Assembly (NCBI RefSeq): GCF_006345805.1
Contig: NC_043001.1
Span: 70,680,001 to 70,744,000 of the forward strand
Source of the DNA: Octopus sinensis
Lineage: Eukaryota
DNA length: 64,000 nucleotides
Direction of reading: 5' to 3'
In this document: piece after piece, positions 23,744 to 37,492 of the stretch
How the letters are laid out: the number at the start of each line of letters is the position of its first letter
How positions within the stretch are numbered: position 1 is the stretch's first letter
The notes under the pieces: model-generated
Seen by the model: the letters and a program-made list of their open reading frames with translations, nothing else
Databases searched by the model: none
Told to the model about the DNA's origin: nothing
Made by a program: the position numbers and the translations under genes

Positions 23744-25168
23744 CTGGGCCGAATATATATATTAGGTAGACTCTACTGAAGACACTGAAAGTCCAAGAAT
23801 TACATGAACTAATCGTGATCAAGTGCAGTTTATCGCACAGGTTTCTTGATGTGCTACAAGAATGACGAAATAATCACTTTTTGGTTGTGATATTAATATT
23901 TCAAAGATAGTTTTCCTATTGCAGAACCGGAATTGAATGCGATTTTGTAACTAACTGATAATTTTACATATAAACATACCTCCTACAGCTTTATTCAACG
24001 TGTCCGTAACCGACCCTAAATATATACAGGTGGGCGGATTTAAGTAATATATTGCTAAATGTCCCAACCTTAGACACAATCAAGGAGTGAAAATAGGATA
24101 CGAACCACAGTCTTCTTGCCTAGCGTTTCGGTACTGTTTTGTCCCAGGTATCCACTTGATTAGTTGGTACTGACGATTAAATTCTTCAAAAATGGAGAAT
24201 AGCTTCTTAACTTGCATATATTTACATATGTATACATATATATATATATATATTTACATATAACATATTTACTTTCTCATAAATATTGCATTTTTCATAA
24301 ATATTGCATTTTAATAGGTTGAGCTGCAAGCAGCTAAATTTTAAGTTTCTTTTTGTACATGAAGTTATGAAATACATTTATGGATCTTATGGTATTTTGA
24401 AGCATTGAATTCGCATTTTATTCAAATCGGGTTTAAAACATTCCATCATAATTTGAAACAAGATCTAACTTTTCCTTGCTTTTTCCTTGTTATTTAATCC
24501 AAGGAGAAATAATTGCAGCGATCATCTTTCATAATTGAACGATGGACGAATTATCAGTTGATATTTTCTCCATCACTGTCTAATGCAATACTATTATTAG
24601 TCAATCATACAAGGATTATGTTTAAAAAGAGAAGTATCTTCCAAAGGAAGTCAGTCCCATCGATCATGTTAAACAACGCTAGACAACTAAAATATTCACA
24701 ACTCAATGTGAAGTTTAATGAAGCACACAGCATGGGTGAAACTCCGAGCGCTGGCAATCTGGATAATTAGTATCGAACGCATGAATAAACAGTACTACGT
24801 TTAATAAAAGAAAACATAGCAGCCGTCACTGGCAAGCATGTAGAACTTTGTAGAATGTACTATGCGTTCGCTAACAAATTTAGGTTCTTCTGTAATCACG
24901 GGGAGTCAGACAACATTTTCACACCTCACATCCTTAACACAATGGGATACATAAAATGTGACAAATAGAGAGAATCATTACAACACCTATATTCATTTTC
25001 TGAAGCAACGACATAAAATCTGCGTTGGTCGAGGACACAATGGGCTACCTGGACCAAATATCAAACACAAAGTTTTGTTCTTGAGCACAATTGTCTGATA
25101 GCACAAGTGTTATATATATGGAATATTTTCTAATTTGTTAGCTAAATCGCGTTTATATATCAGTGTAT

Positions 25169-25214
<46 letters not shown>

Positions 25215-25216
<2 letters not shown>

Positions 25217-26212
25217 CAGTGATGTCAACCCCCAACACACTATATCGGACATAACGTTTAGTGCCCCTGATGTCTTAGCGGCGATAAACGAAATAAAACA
25301 CAATTCAGCAGTAAGCCCCGATAGGTTCCCTGCTTGTGTCCTGAAGGTGTGTCGACACCAACTTGCATCTCCCCTTGCTAATCTGTGGAGAAACTCACTG
25401 GATGCTGGCTATATTCCAAAAAACCTTCTGTCCCAGTCTGTTGTCCCAGTTTTCAAAAAGGGAAACAAGTCCCTTGCAGTAAATTACCGTCCGATCTCAC
25501 TCACCTCTCATATCAGCAAGGTATTTGAGAGGGTGGTGAGATCTCGAATAACCCAATTTCTGGAAAGCAACAGACGGCTGATCTCCAACCAACATGGGTT
25601 CCGTAATGGAAGGGACTGCCTAACGCAGCTCCTGCATCACTTTGAGGACATTTTGAGAGCTTTGGCAGAGGGCTCCAACACCGATGTCATCTACCTTGAT
25701 TTCAGTAAGGCCTTCGACAGGGTCGATCACAAGATCCTATTGAAAAAACTATCCAACATTGGTGTCTCTGGAAGTTACTGAAATGGATCAAGTGTTTCCT
25801 GACAGACAGATCTCAACATGTTGTAGTTGAAGGGGTAAAATCAAGCCCAGCCAAAGTCAGTAGTGGCGTTCCGCAAGGCACTGTGCTGGGCCCACTTCTT
25901 TTCATCATTTACATTAATGACATTAATGACATCATCAAGCACAGCAACATAAAAATCTTTGCAGATGACTCCAAGCTACGGAAGGTCATAAATGAGGCGA
26001 GTGACCGGACATGCCTTCAGTCAGATCTACTGGCTCTTATCCAATGGGCAGAAAAAAACAATATGCTGCTGAACGAGGATAAATTTGAGCTAATCCACTT
26101 TGGAAAAGAGGATGCCCTGAAACTCCCATATTCCCTTCCTTCAGGTGAAACTCTCGCGGCGTCCAACAACATCAGAGACTTGGGAGTAATTGTGGACAAC
26201 AACATAATGTGG
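25215..26212 (+). mobile_element. CR1-type LINE reverse transcriptase fragment, one frameshift, truncated at both ends
   Basis: PVFKKG..NYRPISLTSHISKVFER, NQHGFR, DVIYLDFSKAFDRVDH, a 1-nt deletion at about 25772, then SGVPQGTVLGPLLFIIYIND, FADDSKL, RDLGVIVD. Confidence 0.95.
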
Positions 26213-26494
26213 ACAACAAAAAATGTCTTACCTCTAGGGAGAACATCTGAAAGATGAAATACCTGGAAAAGGATAATGTGGGACCTGCAGGTTTCAGATA
26301 TTACAAGATATGTCTACCACCTATAATCTTGTTCTATCTTCATCAGCCAAGCATATACCATGACAAAATCTACGATGTTACCACATTAATGCTATTACAC
26401 TCGACTGAAACGCCGAAACGCCAAACAGCACGAAAAACGGTGAAGAAGCTTCAATAAATTAGTAATGCAATACTAGAGTATATATATACATATA

Positions 26495-26659
26495 TACGAC
26501 AGGCTTCTTTCAGTTTCCGTCTATCAAATGCACTCACAAGGCATTGGTCGGGCCGGGGCTATAGCAGAAGACACTTGAGCAAGATGCCACGCAGTGGGAC
26601 TGAACCTGGGACCATGTGGTTGGTTAGCAAGCTACTTACCACACATCTACTCCTTCGCC
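26495..26659 (-). mobile_element. SINE family A, 5' half
   Basis: Reverse complement of the head and body (GCCACGCAGTGGGACTGAACC...CTACTTACCACAC). Confidence 0.9.
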
Positions 26660-27034
26660 TATAGATATATATTTATATTTATATATATATATATATATGA
26701 ATATTTATATATATATATATATATATATGTGTACATGTATATGTATATATATGTATATGCATATATATATATATATATATATGTATGTATATACACACAG
26801 ACCCATATATATATGTGTATATATGCATATGTATATGTGTATGCATATATAAGTATATATATATATATGTGCATGCATATATATATATTATATTATATAT
26901 ATATATTAATATATATATATATATATATATATCTATGAAGAAAATTACATATATATATATAATATATTATATATAATATATATATATATATATATGATTG
27001 TTTGTGTGTGTATGTATGTGTGTGTCTCTCACTG

Positions 27035-27066
<32 letters not shown>

Positions 27067-27512
27067 GGTGTGTGTGTGTGTGTGTGTGTGTGTAGTGAGA
27101 GACACACACATACATACACACACACAAACACACACAAACAATCATATATATATATATATTGTAATTTTCTTTATAGATATAGATAAGCTAGTACTCTGCT
27201 ACAGAAGCTAATATTACTAATTACAAGCATTAAGCTCATTTACACAATTAACAAATTTTAGTGTAGCACTAACTAGTCCTTCTCTCTCATCTTATATTGC
27301 TATAAAATACCAGTGGATGAAAGATATATCAGCATTATGTGAGATAGATATTTAATCTTCAAAGTTTTCATGTAGATGTATTGGTAGTATACGAATTTAC
27401 ACTCATTTCCTGTGTATTGCCATTAGGTTGGAGGAACACCTACTGCTCCTATAATAAACGCACAATGCATGGTTATTTATATATATGCACATATATATAC
27501 AATACATACATA

Positions 27513-27585
<73 letters not shown>

Positions 27586-27692
27586 ATACATATATATATA
27601 TATATATATATATATGTATTTATGTATATATATACGTATGTATGTATTATATGTATATTATATATATATATATAGATACATACATACATATA

Positions 27693-27767
<75 letters not shown>

Positions 27768-27795
27768 CACATATATTTATATATATATATACACA
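26660..27795. repeat. Extended degenerate (TA)n-rich microsatellite field with (TG)n/(CA)n
   Basis: Read directly; it includes a short local repeat of tatagtgagagacacacacatac-like units at about 27000-27150. Confidence 0.9.
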
Positions 27796-28165
27796 CATCA
27801 TTTCGGTTTTCCGGTATGTTTATTGCAACGTACAATTCTTACACAAATTTTTTTTATGGGCATGCTCGAGATTCATTCCATCCTTATAGTTATTCCACAT
27901 AACACAGATTAAGCCACATCCAATTAGTCATAGAAAAATCTATGGAAATATATTTCCGAATCTGACTAATTCAATCATAGTCGACTCTGTGCATTTCTGT
28001 GTGCGTAGTCACCACAGAAATTGTTTCAAATATTTGATGCTCTATTAATTTGTTTTTTATCATTATTATCTCTAACAGATAGGGTAGAATTATCTGGAAA
28101 GACAAATGACAAATCGCTCACGTCCTACAAAGGTTGAAATGTAACTTTTATTTTTCGAGAATCAC

Positions 28166-28930
28166 ATGGAGAAATATATCCTACTTGGGACATACAATGT
28201 GACAGGAGTCATAGTCCAAGACCAGCCCCGCATTGTTCATCAGGAAGAACAATCAGCAGTTGTCCAGATGAAAAAGAAAATAGAACTTTGCAACAAGGGA
28301 AAATGGAATTACAGAACAAAGACATATTTAATAATAATTACAGAAAAAAAGAACTTATTACGACAGCCAACAATTTTGTTGATTTCAACAGTGATTGTTA
28401 TAATCTAGCACGTTAAAACTTTCAAAACCGTTTTTGCCAGCTCCTTAAAAAGAAGAAAGTCACCAATGAAACAGCAGAAGCCATGAGTTTTTAGTTTAGA
28501 AAGATTGACTTAGTGCTCGGCTACATACAAATAGTATACAAATAGTATACAAAACTTGACAAAATAGTATACAAAATAGAAAATTGGGTTGTGGCATCTT
28601 CATTAATATAACAGTAGCTTCCGCTTCAAAATGGCCAAATCTTTTAAAGGTAAAATAATTTCAAATCTCACATGGGAAAATTCATTTTATTCATAACATG
28701 ACGTGGTTTTGGAGAGAATTATGTTGGTTAAACTGGTATATCACTGAGAAAATGAATGGCGTTTCACGATAGAAATTACAAGATACGGACACGAGACATC
28801 CATGTGCAGGAGTACAGCAACCAAATTAAGGAATTTTCCAATTATATTAATGTGTAGAAAAAAATGAGAGAACAACAAAATGATATTCAACTGTTTCTCA
28901 TTGAAAAATATAAACCAATTTTGAAAATTG
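28166..28930 (+). mobile_element. Very decayed Penelope-like fragment (linker and GIY-YIG)
   Basis: YILLGTYNV and LLRQPTIL align loosely to LPYISTYNP and SYKQPKSL of the 41343 ORF. NYVG*TGISLRK*MAFH and LFLIEKYKPIL match the GIY-YIG part. Confidence 0.55.
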
Positions 28931-29552
28931 CTGGCAATTATTACTCATTTAGCAATATTTATAAAATATATTCCTACCCCTTTCTAAATGATGTACAAAA
29001 GTGTACATCTCTACTTAATTTGGCATTGCTAATGTATGTAATATTTCTTTCGTTGTTACTTAATTTGTCTATAACAATATCTAAGTCCACGCACAGTATG
29101 TATTAAGAGAAGACTACTTGATATCCATTAAATACAGACGTTGCAAAATATATCAAAACAGATTTTAATTAGGTTGTTTTGAATATCTAATTAACTATTA
29201 TTTCATAAACGTCTTTGGATTGTTTGATATTGTATTCTGAAATGACAGTGATTTGAATATAAAAATGTACTTTCGAATACTTTATAACGAAAATTATTGT
29301 AGTGATGAATTTAAGATTGTTATAGGTTGTTATATTTTGGAATATGTAATAAACAATATAGGTTGAAATAATATGAATGTGAGAAACAGTTTTTGGATGT
29401 ATACTCATGTATTGTGAAACGATATGATTGTAATAATATATCATTGAGAATATTTAATCAAGTGTACTGCAAAAGAAATAAAGAAATTGCATATATATAC
29501 ATGTGTGTGTGTACGCGTGTATGTATACGTGTGTATGCGCGGGTGTATACTC

Positions 29553-29741
29553 TTTTACTCTTTTGCTTGTTTCAGTCATGTGACTCTGACCATGCTGGAG
29601 CACTGCCTTTAGTCGAGAAAATCGACACCAGGACTTATTCTTTGCAAGCAGGTTACTTATTCTATAAGTTACGGGGACGTAAACACACCACCATCAGTTG
29701 TCAAGCGATGTTGGGGGGGACAAACACAGACACAGAAACGT

Positions 29742-29745
<4 letters not shown>
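29553..29745 (-). mobile_element. SINE family A, 3' half
   Basis: TTTACTCTTTTGCTTGTTTCAGTCA...GTTGTCAAGCGATGTTGGGGGG. Confidence 0.88.
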
Positions 29746-29809
<64 letters not shown>

Positions 29810-30257
29810 CTGTTCATCAAATAGTAGTAATTGGCATTTAGTTGTGACAATGCTGTTTTCTACATAAATTCCTTATATGGAGCTCTGACATCCCCTTTAC
29901 CCCATTTCTATAATTAGAAAAATCTTTATTGTCTCCTTTCATTTGTTCTTCCTTCTCAGAATCTTACAGTAGTCTGGAACAATTGAATCTTAGTCAGTCA
30001 GTTGATGGGCTCCACTACCTCAAATGTTCTTAAAATTTAAATCCACATCTTTGTCTATATATCTACCTTCTCTATAATGTTGCCACTTGATATGAACATT
30101 TTTGTATAAATGGAAAACCTCTATAATTGGCTGATGAGTGCTCAGCATTTTACAACTGTTGTAATACTTACAACATTTAATAAAGTGATGTAGTACGAAA
30201 CGATCATACCAAATTACCGGAGTCATTCTTGTTGCTTATTTTGATTATACATATACA

Positions 30258-30426
30258 TATATACGACGGGCTTCTTTCAGTTTCCATCTACCAAATCCTC
30301 TCACAAGGTTTTGGTCGGCCCGACACTATAGTAGAAGACACTTGCCAAAGGTGCCACGCTGTGGGACTGAACCCGGAACCATGTAGATCGTAAGCAAGCT
30401 ACTTACCACACAGCCACTCCTACGCC
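30258..30426 (-). mobile_element. SINE family A 5' half (left arm of the palindrome)
   Basis: Reverse complement of GGCGTAGGAGTGGCTGTGTGGTAAG...GAAAGAAGCCCGTCG. Confidence 0.92.
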
Positions 30427-30486
30427 TAAGCCATTCCCACGCCTGTTTATGTTTTGTATATATGTATATTTATATACTGACATAGA

Positions 30487-30517
<31 letters not shown>

Positions 30518-30545
30518 GAATATATATATGTATATATATATGAAC

Positions 30546-30614
<69 letters not shown>

Positions 30615-30629
30615 TTATAAATGAATATA

Positions 30630-30693
<64 letters not shown>

Positions 30694-30805
30694 CATATAT
30701 ATATACATATATATATTCATATATATATATATATATATATAAACTTCTATGTCAGTATATAAATATACATATATACAAAACATAAACAGGCGTGGGAATG
30801 GCTTA

Positions 30806-30972
30806 GGCGTAGGAGTGGCTGTGTGGTAAGTAGCTTGCTTACGATCTACATGGTTCCGGGTTCAGTCCCACAGCGTGGCACATTTGGCAAGTGTCTTCTA
30901 CTATAGTGTCGGGCCGACCAAAACCTTGTGAGAGGATTTGGTAGATGGAAACTGAAAGAAGCCCGTCGTATA
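30806..30972 (+). mobile_element. SINE family A 5' half (right arm of the palindrome)
   Basis: GGCGTAGGAGTGGCTGTGTGGTAAGTAGCTTGCTTACG...GAAAGAAGCCCGTCG. Confidence 0.92.
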
Positions 30973-31004
30973 TATGTATATGTATAATCAAAATAATTCA
31001 CGAA

Positions 31005-31096
31005 TGGAACAAAAGACGAAGACAGGTGGTGTAGAAAAGAAACAGATGTATTAGTGTAACGCTCGGAAATTGAAAAGGTCTTTAACATTTCGAGCG
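31005..31096 (-). mobile_element. Probable PLE pLTR remnant with the 3' half of a hammerhead-like motif
   Basis: Minus strand CGCTCGAAATGTTAAAGACCTTTTC has GAAA followed by a decayed AACGTT-type palindrome. The 5' half is replaced by (TA)n. Confidence 0.4.
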
Positions 31097-31120
<24 letters not shown>

Positions 31121-31127
<7 letters not shown>

Positions 31128-31672
31128 AAAAGTGATAAGAAACGAATGAGACATTCTCGATATTAGATAAATAGGGAATTATTTATATATATATATATAT
31201 GATAATAAAGAAAAAAACAGTAAGTTGTCATTACAGTACTCGGAGTTTCGAATGTCGGATCAAAGAGCTACGATGCACTTTTGTCGGCTGTTAATAGCAG
31301 TAGACACCAATGAAAAACCGTTGATTAAAAGTGAAGTGAATCTAATAGGTAGGAAAAGAAAAATGAAAAAAGATGAAAATATAGGCAAACATATTCTCAC
31401 AATACATATACATTTAACCACCCGTATTCATAGCGTCTATATACGTATCCACTCACACAAACATGTATACGTATATGCACATAAATACACAAACATATAT
31501 GTGCATGTACATACTCATTCATACACACATATCCACGCACACATGTATATATATATGTATACCTGAACGCAAATTCAACCTCATATATAAATATAGGTGT
31601 TTGCATGCATACACAAATCATAATACATATAATACATATATATACAGACATACATTCACATTCCGCATACAC

Positions 31673-31760
<88 letters not shown>

Positions 31761-31761
31761 G

Positions 31762-31816
<55 letters not shown>

Positions 31817-31901
31817 ATATATATACATATATTATATATATACATATTTGTTCCACGTCCTCGCGTTGCTGTGTTTTTTTATGCTTTCATGTTTGGATTA
31901 A

Positions 31902-31937
<36 letters not shown>

Positions 31938-32208
31938 TATATATATATATATATATATACATATACATCCTCGTAGAAAACTGATGAAAATACACGACCG
32001 ACGGGGTCAGATTCACAGTTAATGAAGATAATTACGAAATTAATACGCCTTTTATATGCTTTCACATTTACATAGATATACGTAGGTGAGGACATCAATT
32101 AATTCAGCTCAACTGATGCTTATTAATCCGTCTAACTATAAGTACATATCATACTACATACATGTACAAACACACACATATGTGTGTATGTATGTATGTA
32201 TATATATA

Positions 32209-32275
<67 letters not shown>

Positions 32276-32311
32276 AGATACATAGATGCATATATATATA
32301 TATATTATATA

Positions 32312-32362
<51 letters not shown>

Positions 32363-32941
32363 TATATATATATATAAAATAAAAAGTGATAAGAAACGAA
32401 TGAGACATTCTCGATATTAGATAAATAGGGAATTATTTATATATATATATATATGATAATAAAGAAAAAAACAGTAAGTTGTCATTACAGTACTCGGAGT
32501 TTCGAATGTCGGATCAAAGAGCTACGATGCACTTTTGTCGGCTGTTAATAGCAGTAGACACCAATGAAAAACCGTTGATTAAAAGTGAAGTGAATCTAAT
32601 AGGTAGGAAAAGAAAAATGAAAAAAGATGAAAATATAGGCAAACATATTCTCACATACATATACATTTAACCACCCGTATTCATAGCGTCTATATACGTA
32701 TCCACTCACACAAACATGTATACGTATATGCACATAAATACACAAACATATATGTGCATGTACATACTCATTCATACACACATATCCACGCACACATGTA
32801 TATATATATGTATACCTGAACGCAAATTCAACCTCATATATAAATATAGGTGTTTGCATGCATACACAAATCATAATACATATAATACATATATATACAG
32901 ACATACATTCACATTCCCGCATACACGTATATATATAGATA

Positions 32942-32999
<58 letters not shown>

Positions 33000-33017
33000 T
33001 TATATAATATATATATG

Positions 33018-33065
<48 letters not shown>

Positions 33066-33161
33066 TATATATATATTATATATACATATATTTATATATA
33101 TACATATTTGTTCCACGTCCTCGCGTTGCTGTGTTTTTTTATGCTTTCATGTTTGGATTAA

Positions 33162-33228
<67 letters not shown>

Positions 33229-33457
33229 CATCCTCGTAGAAAACTGATGAAAATACACGACCGACGGGGTCAGATTCACAGTTAATGAAGATAATTACGA
33301 AATTAATACGCCTTTTATATGCTTTCACATTTACATAGATATACGTAGGTGAGGACATCAATTAATTCAGCTCAACTGATGCTTATTAATCCGTCTAACT
33401 ATAAGTACATATCATACTACATACATGTACAAACACACACATATGTGTGTATGTATG

Positions 33458-33541
<84 letters not shown>

Positions 33542-33575
33542 AGATACATAGATGCATATATATATATATTATATA

Positions 33576-33624
<49 letters not shown>

Positions 33625-33625
33625 T
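31121..33625 (+). repeat. Direct tandem duplication, period about 1254 bp
   Basis: TAAAATAAAAAGTGATAAGAAACGAATGAG starts at 31121 and at 32375. Unique parts are near-identical except for 1-nt indels, and microsatellite lengths differ. Confidence 0.95.
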
Positions 33626-33629
33626 ATAT

Positions 33630-33665
<36 letters not shown>

Positions 33666-33737
33666 TACATAGATGCATATATATATATATTATATATATA
33701 TGTGTGTGTATATATATATATATTATATATATATGTA

Positions 33738-33818
<81 letters not shown>

Positions 33819-33860
33819 AGAGAGATACATAGATGCATATATATATATATTATATATATA

Positions 33861-33895
<35 letters not shown>
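33508..33895 (+). repeat. Three further repeats of an (AG)n-GATACATAGATGCA-(TA)n unit
   Basis: GATACATAGATGCA occurs at about 33543, 33663 and 33824, and also at 32277. Confidence 0.9.
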
Positions 33896-34171
33896 GCTGA
33901 CATCTATATTGGTATATCATAGATAATATCTCATTTATTCATTTTGTTACTACTGACGCTATATCACGTTTGTGACGCTATGCATTTATGTATGTATGTA
34001 TATATATATATACATACATAACATATACATATACATAACATTTTTTTTTTAAATATGCTATGTCTTATGAATTTTATTTATGCACGCCAACCACTAGTAA
34101 TATATCAATTCGATTTATTACCCCGTATTTACGATAGTTTTATATCCATATATATATATATATATAATATA

Positions 34172-34246
<75 letters not shown>

Positions 34247-35779
34247 ATATATATACATATATATATAGGTTTGTGTTTGTATATATGTATGTATATATGT
34301 ATGGTAGAAATTCTTTCTTTCGCTATATTTTTTCACCAATTACCAATATGATACATTTGTACAGGACATTGGGACAGCTCTTTATTCATCTACTAACTAT
34401 TTGGTTTGATGAGCTGTTTTCCCGATCCATCATAAATATATATGAGGAAAAGACTTACAAACACACACACACACTCTCTCTCTCTCTCTCTCTCTCACGC
34501 ACACACACATACACCCTCACACACACACAAATATATAATTTTTTCACAATGACCAACAATTTCTGTTGCCCAATACTGCATGCTATACAACTAAAAACTA
34601 ACATAATTATTCTATCATAATTCTCTATTTGTATCATGATTATCTCTATTGTAACGTCCATCTACGAAACAAAAATTTGAGATTAATATTAATAAACATG
34701 CTCGCTGTGTACTCACAATATATATTAACTAAGATAGATGTTGCAAATTAAAAATGTCTTTATATTGCATTCCATTTTGTCTTATTGCATTACACTGAAA
34801 TATACTGTCTATAGACCATGAACTGCATTGATGCTAGAAAATTAACTTAACGTTGTTTAAACATCTCATATACATAATAAAAACATATTACAATACATAT
34901 TCCATCGTACATATTTGTCGAACTTGTAAAGGAAATATACACATACATTGAAGTATATAAGTGTGTACGAATGTATATGTATTTATGCATGTATAAATTC
35001 ATGTATCAAAATATGTTGCATATACGCATGCATGTATATGATTTTTACGCAATTTCATCATTTTATATTTGATAGAACTATATATATTAAACATCATTCT
35101 TGCACAGGTTATCGCGTTGTTGGTCACGAAACCAGAAATATAAAAACAACTTTAAATTTAATTTATACTTACATCACCAAATTATTCAAATTAGTTGTCA
35201 ATATAGTATTACTTGATTCACTACATTGTTGCTGCAGACAGTATTATGTAAATTAATAACTGTGCTATGTCCGAGTTTGTATACACCATCAAAATTCATT
35301 AGTTACTAATATTTATATGTAAGAGCAAATGATGGGAAGGAAACAAAAACGCAGCACAACGCCTTTTTTAAAAAGGGGCATAAGAACCTTCCATAGTAAC
35401 ATCAAGCATAATTAGCTCAATTTAATGCTTTTCAATCTTTTTTCGTTTTATTTTAGAATGACCAATATGAATAATAGTGCGATCGATTTCTTCGGCTACA
35501 GTTCTTAAATGAAGTGTCTCAGTATGACCGCAGTCTTGTAGCTGAAACAAGTAAATGATAAAAGATTTGCGTTAATTCATCACCGATAAATTTCTCTAAT
35601 ATTTTCTTTCTGTGTTTAATAAAAATTTAAGTAGCATTTAGTAACTTATTATATTGACTCCAAGCTTTGTGTCAAAGGATCGTTCGCCGGAAGAACTGCT
35701 TGACACACGAGTTTCTCAAAAAATCAGGTGCGTCCCGCATTAGCCCGGGACCCAGCAATTCCTTGTGGTTGTATTCAGT

Positions 35780-36143
35780 AGACGGTGCCATATTTTTGTA
35801 GTGATGATTGGTACATTTTAAGTTCTAGGTAACCTATTACAAGGTTCGCAATCACTGACGCCGTTCCAGTTCCCACTGCAATTCCATATTCTGTCGATAG
35901 CAGACTGTATCGAATATGAAAAAGTTGTTCAGTAAGATGAATTTCAGTTCTGCGATTATGAATCTGTGGTTGCTGTGTCCTGGGATCAATTCTGGCTATT
36001 TTTCTTGCAAGGTGATTGCTTTTTTCCTATAATCGTGTGGGATATTGCTGTACAGGTTCACCACATCGAATGATACTAACATGGTTACTTCATTTATTGT
36101 CTTCGGGAGGTGGTCAAGCAAGTCTAAGTCATCCCTGATGAAT
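35780..36143 (-). mobile_element. Penelope-like RT N-terminal fragment (inverted 5' segment)
   Basis: FIRDDLDLLDHLP...LVSFDVVNLYSNIPH...FILLNNFFIFD..CYRQ..GIAVGT..A..IANLVIGYLELKMY. Confidence 0.88.
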
Positions 36144-36144
36144 C

Positions 36145-37050
36145 TTTAAACAAGGTGAAATATTTAAGATTAAATCAAATTTCACCTGTAACTCGGAAAA
36201 CGTAATTTATGACATTACCTGTTTAGAGTGCGGTAATCAATATATTGGACAAACAGGAATATCACTCCTTCAAAGAACCATTCTTTACAAAGAATAAATC
36301 CGCCACCCACAATGCAGACAGATACAGGTCAGTGAACACATAGAAAGGCGTGCTAGGAACCTTAATCCTAATTTACTAATGTTCCCCTTCTATCAATGTT
36401 CGCAGAACACCTCAGTACAGCAAAGAATGAATAAAGAAGGAACTTCCATCAATAAACATCATCCACAACTTAACATGAACAAAACATAATACAGAACACT
36501 ACTAAACTTACCAATAATACCACTAACCCCATACATTCCATACACCATTCATATTACAATATTATATCGACTCTAATTGCACCACGTCCAGAAAACTACT
36601 CACTACCCTTACACATAATGTTTTTACACAGGGACTAGTAGATCCGATACCGTTTGGTAATCGGTGCTCATTCAAAATCAGTGAACAGCAATGACGATAC
36701 CGGTATGACTTTGAATCTCTTTAACAATTCGAAATAGTAACTTTTATTCCCCTTAATTCTACCTCAATTCATCTAATTGTATATATTTGTAGCTACTTTT
36801 CATTAAAAATGCCTTTATTTTTTATATTCAATATATATTTTCGCTTTTCTTCTTACTTTCCCCATATATGCATATATATATATATATAAACTTTTTATAA
36901 AACTGTGCATCATTAGGAAGCATTTTTGAGTCTGCTTATAATTTGACTTTAAATTTCATGGAACTCACTCCTAATACTTCATGAGGATAGTCACACTCTT
37001 TAGGATGTCTGGAAAAATATATGTGATTTAGCTGATGAATACTGGACATT
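36145..37050 (+). mobile_element. Penelope-like GIY-YIG domain and 3' UTR
   Basis: FKQGEIFKIKSNFTCNSENVIYDITCLECGNQYIGQTGISL...VSEHIE...MFPFYQC...HPQLN. The 3' limit is approximate. Confidence 0.88.
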
Positions 37051-37134
37051 TGTATTTGCTGCAATACTTGCAGCTTTAAATTAAATTGTTCTTGGTATGA
37101 AACAATTGTACTAAACTACTAATCCATTCTTGTT

Positions 37135-37148
37135 GCTTTTTTCTTAGT

Positions 37149-37225
<77 letters not shown>

Positions 37226-37228
37226 TTG
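37135..37228. repeat. (TA)n(TG)n microsatellite
   Basis: Read directly from the sequence. Confidence 0.95.
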
Positions 37229-37492
37229 TTCCTTTAGGTGTAGCTTCACCGTCATTACTGTGATACTTTGTTTACGTCCCGTAACATAGAAGTTCTTATA
37301 AAGAGATCAATAGAACCTGTACGAGACTTAAAAGTACGTACTGGAATCGATTCCTGCCACAGTAATGGCTGCAGTTCAATTACTTAAGCATGCAAACCGT
37401 TTTTTAAAAATAACCACAAACAAAATCATTACAGTACCACCAAACAAAATAAGAGTAGAAAAGATGTAGATGTAAAGGAGGGAGATACGTTT

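Larger units (their letters stand above)
30236..30996. repeat. Large inverted repeat: 256-bp arms around a TA-rich spacer of about 250 bp
   Basis: 30236-30491 is the reverse complement of 30741-30996, with one mismatch seen (30350/30882). Confidence 0.95.

Noticed and set aside
24800-24920. Minus-strand peptide PVITEEPKFVSERIVHSTKFYMLASDG resembling a PP2C motif
   Set aside because: There are no usable splice sites, a stop follows shortly, and the WD after DG is missing; likely chance.
31980-32050. CTGATGA ... CGAAA spaced like a hammerhead (also in the duplicate copy at about 33245)
   Set aside because: No stem I, II or III pairing could be formed.
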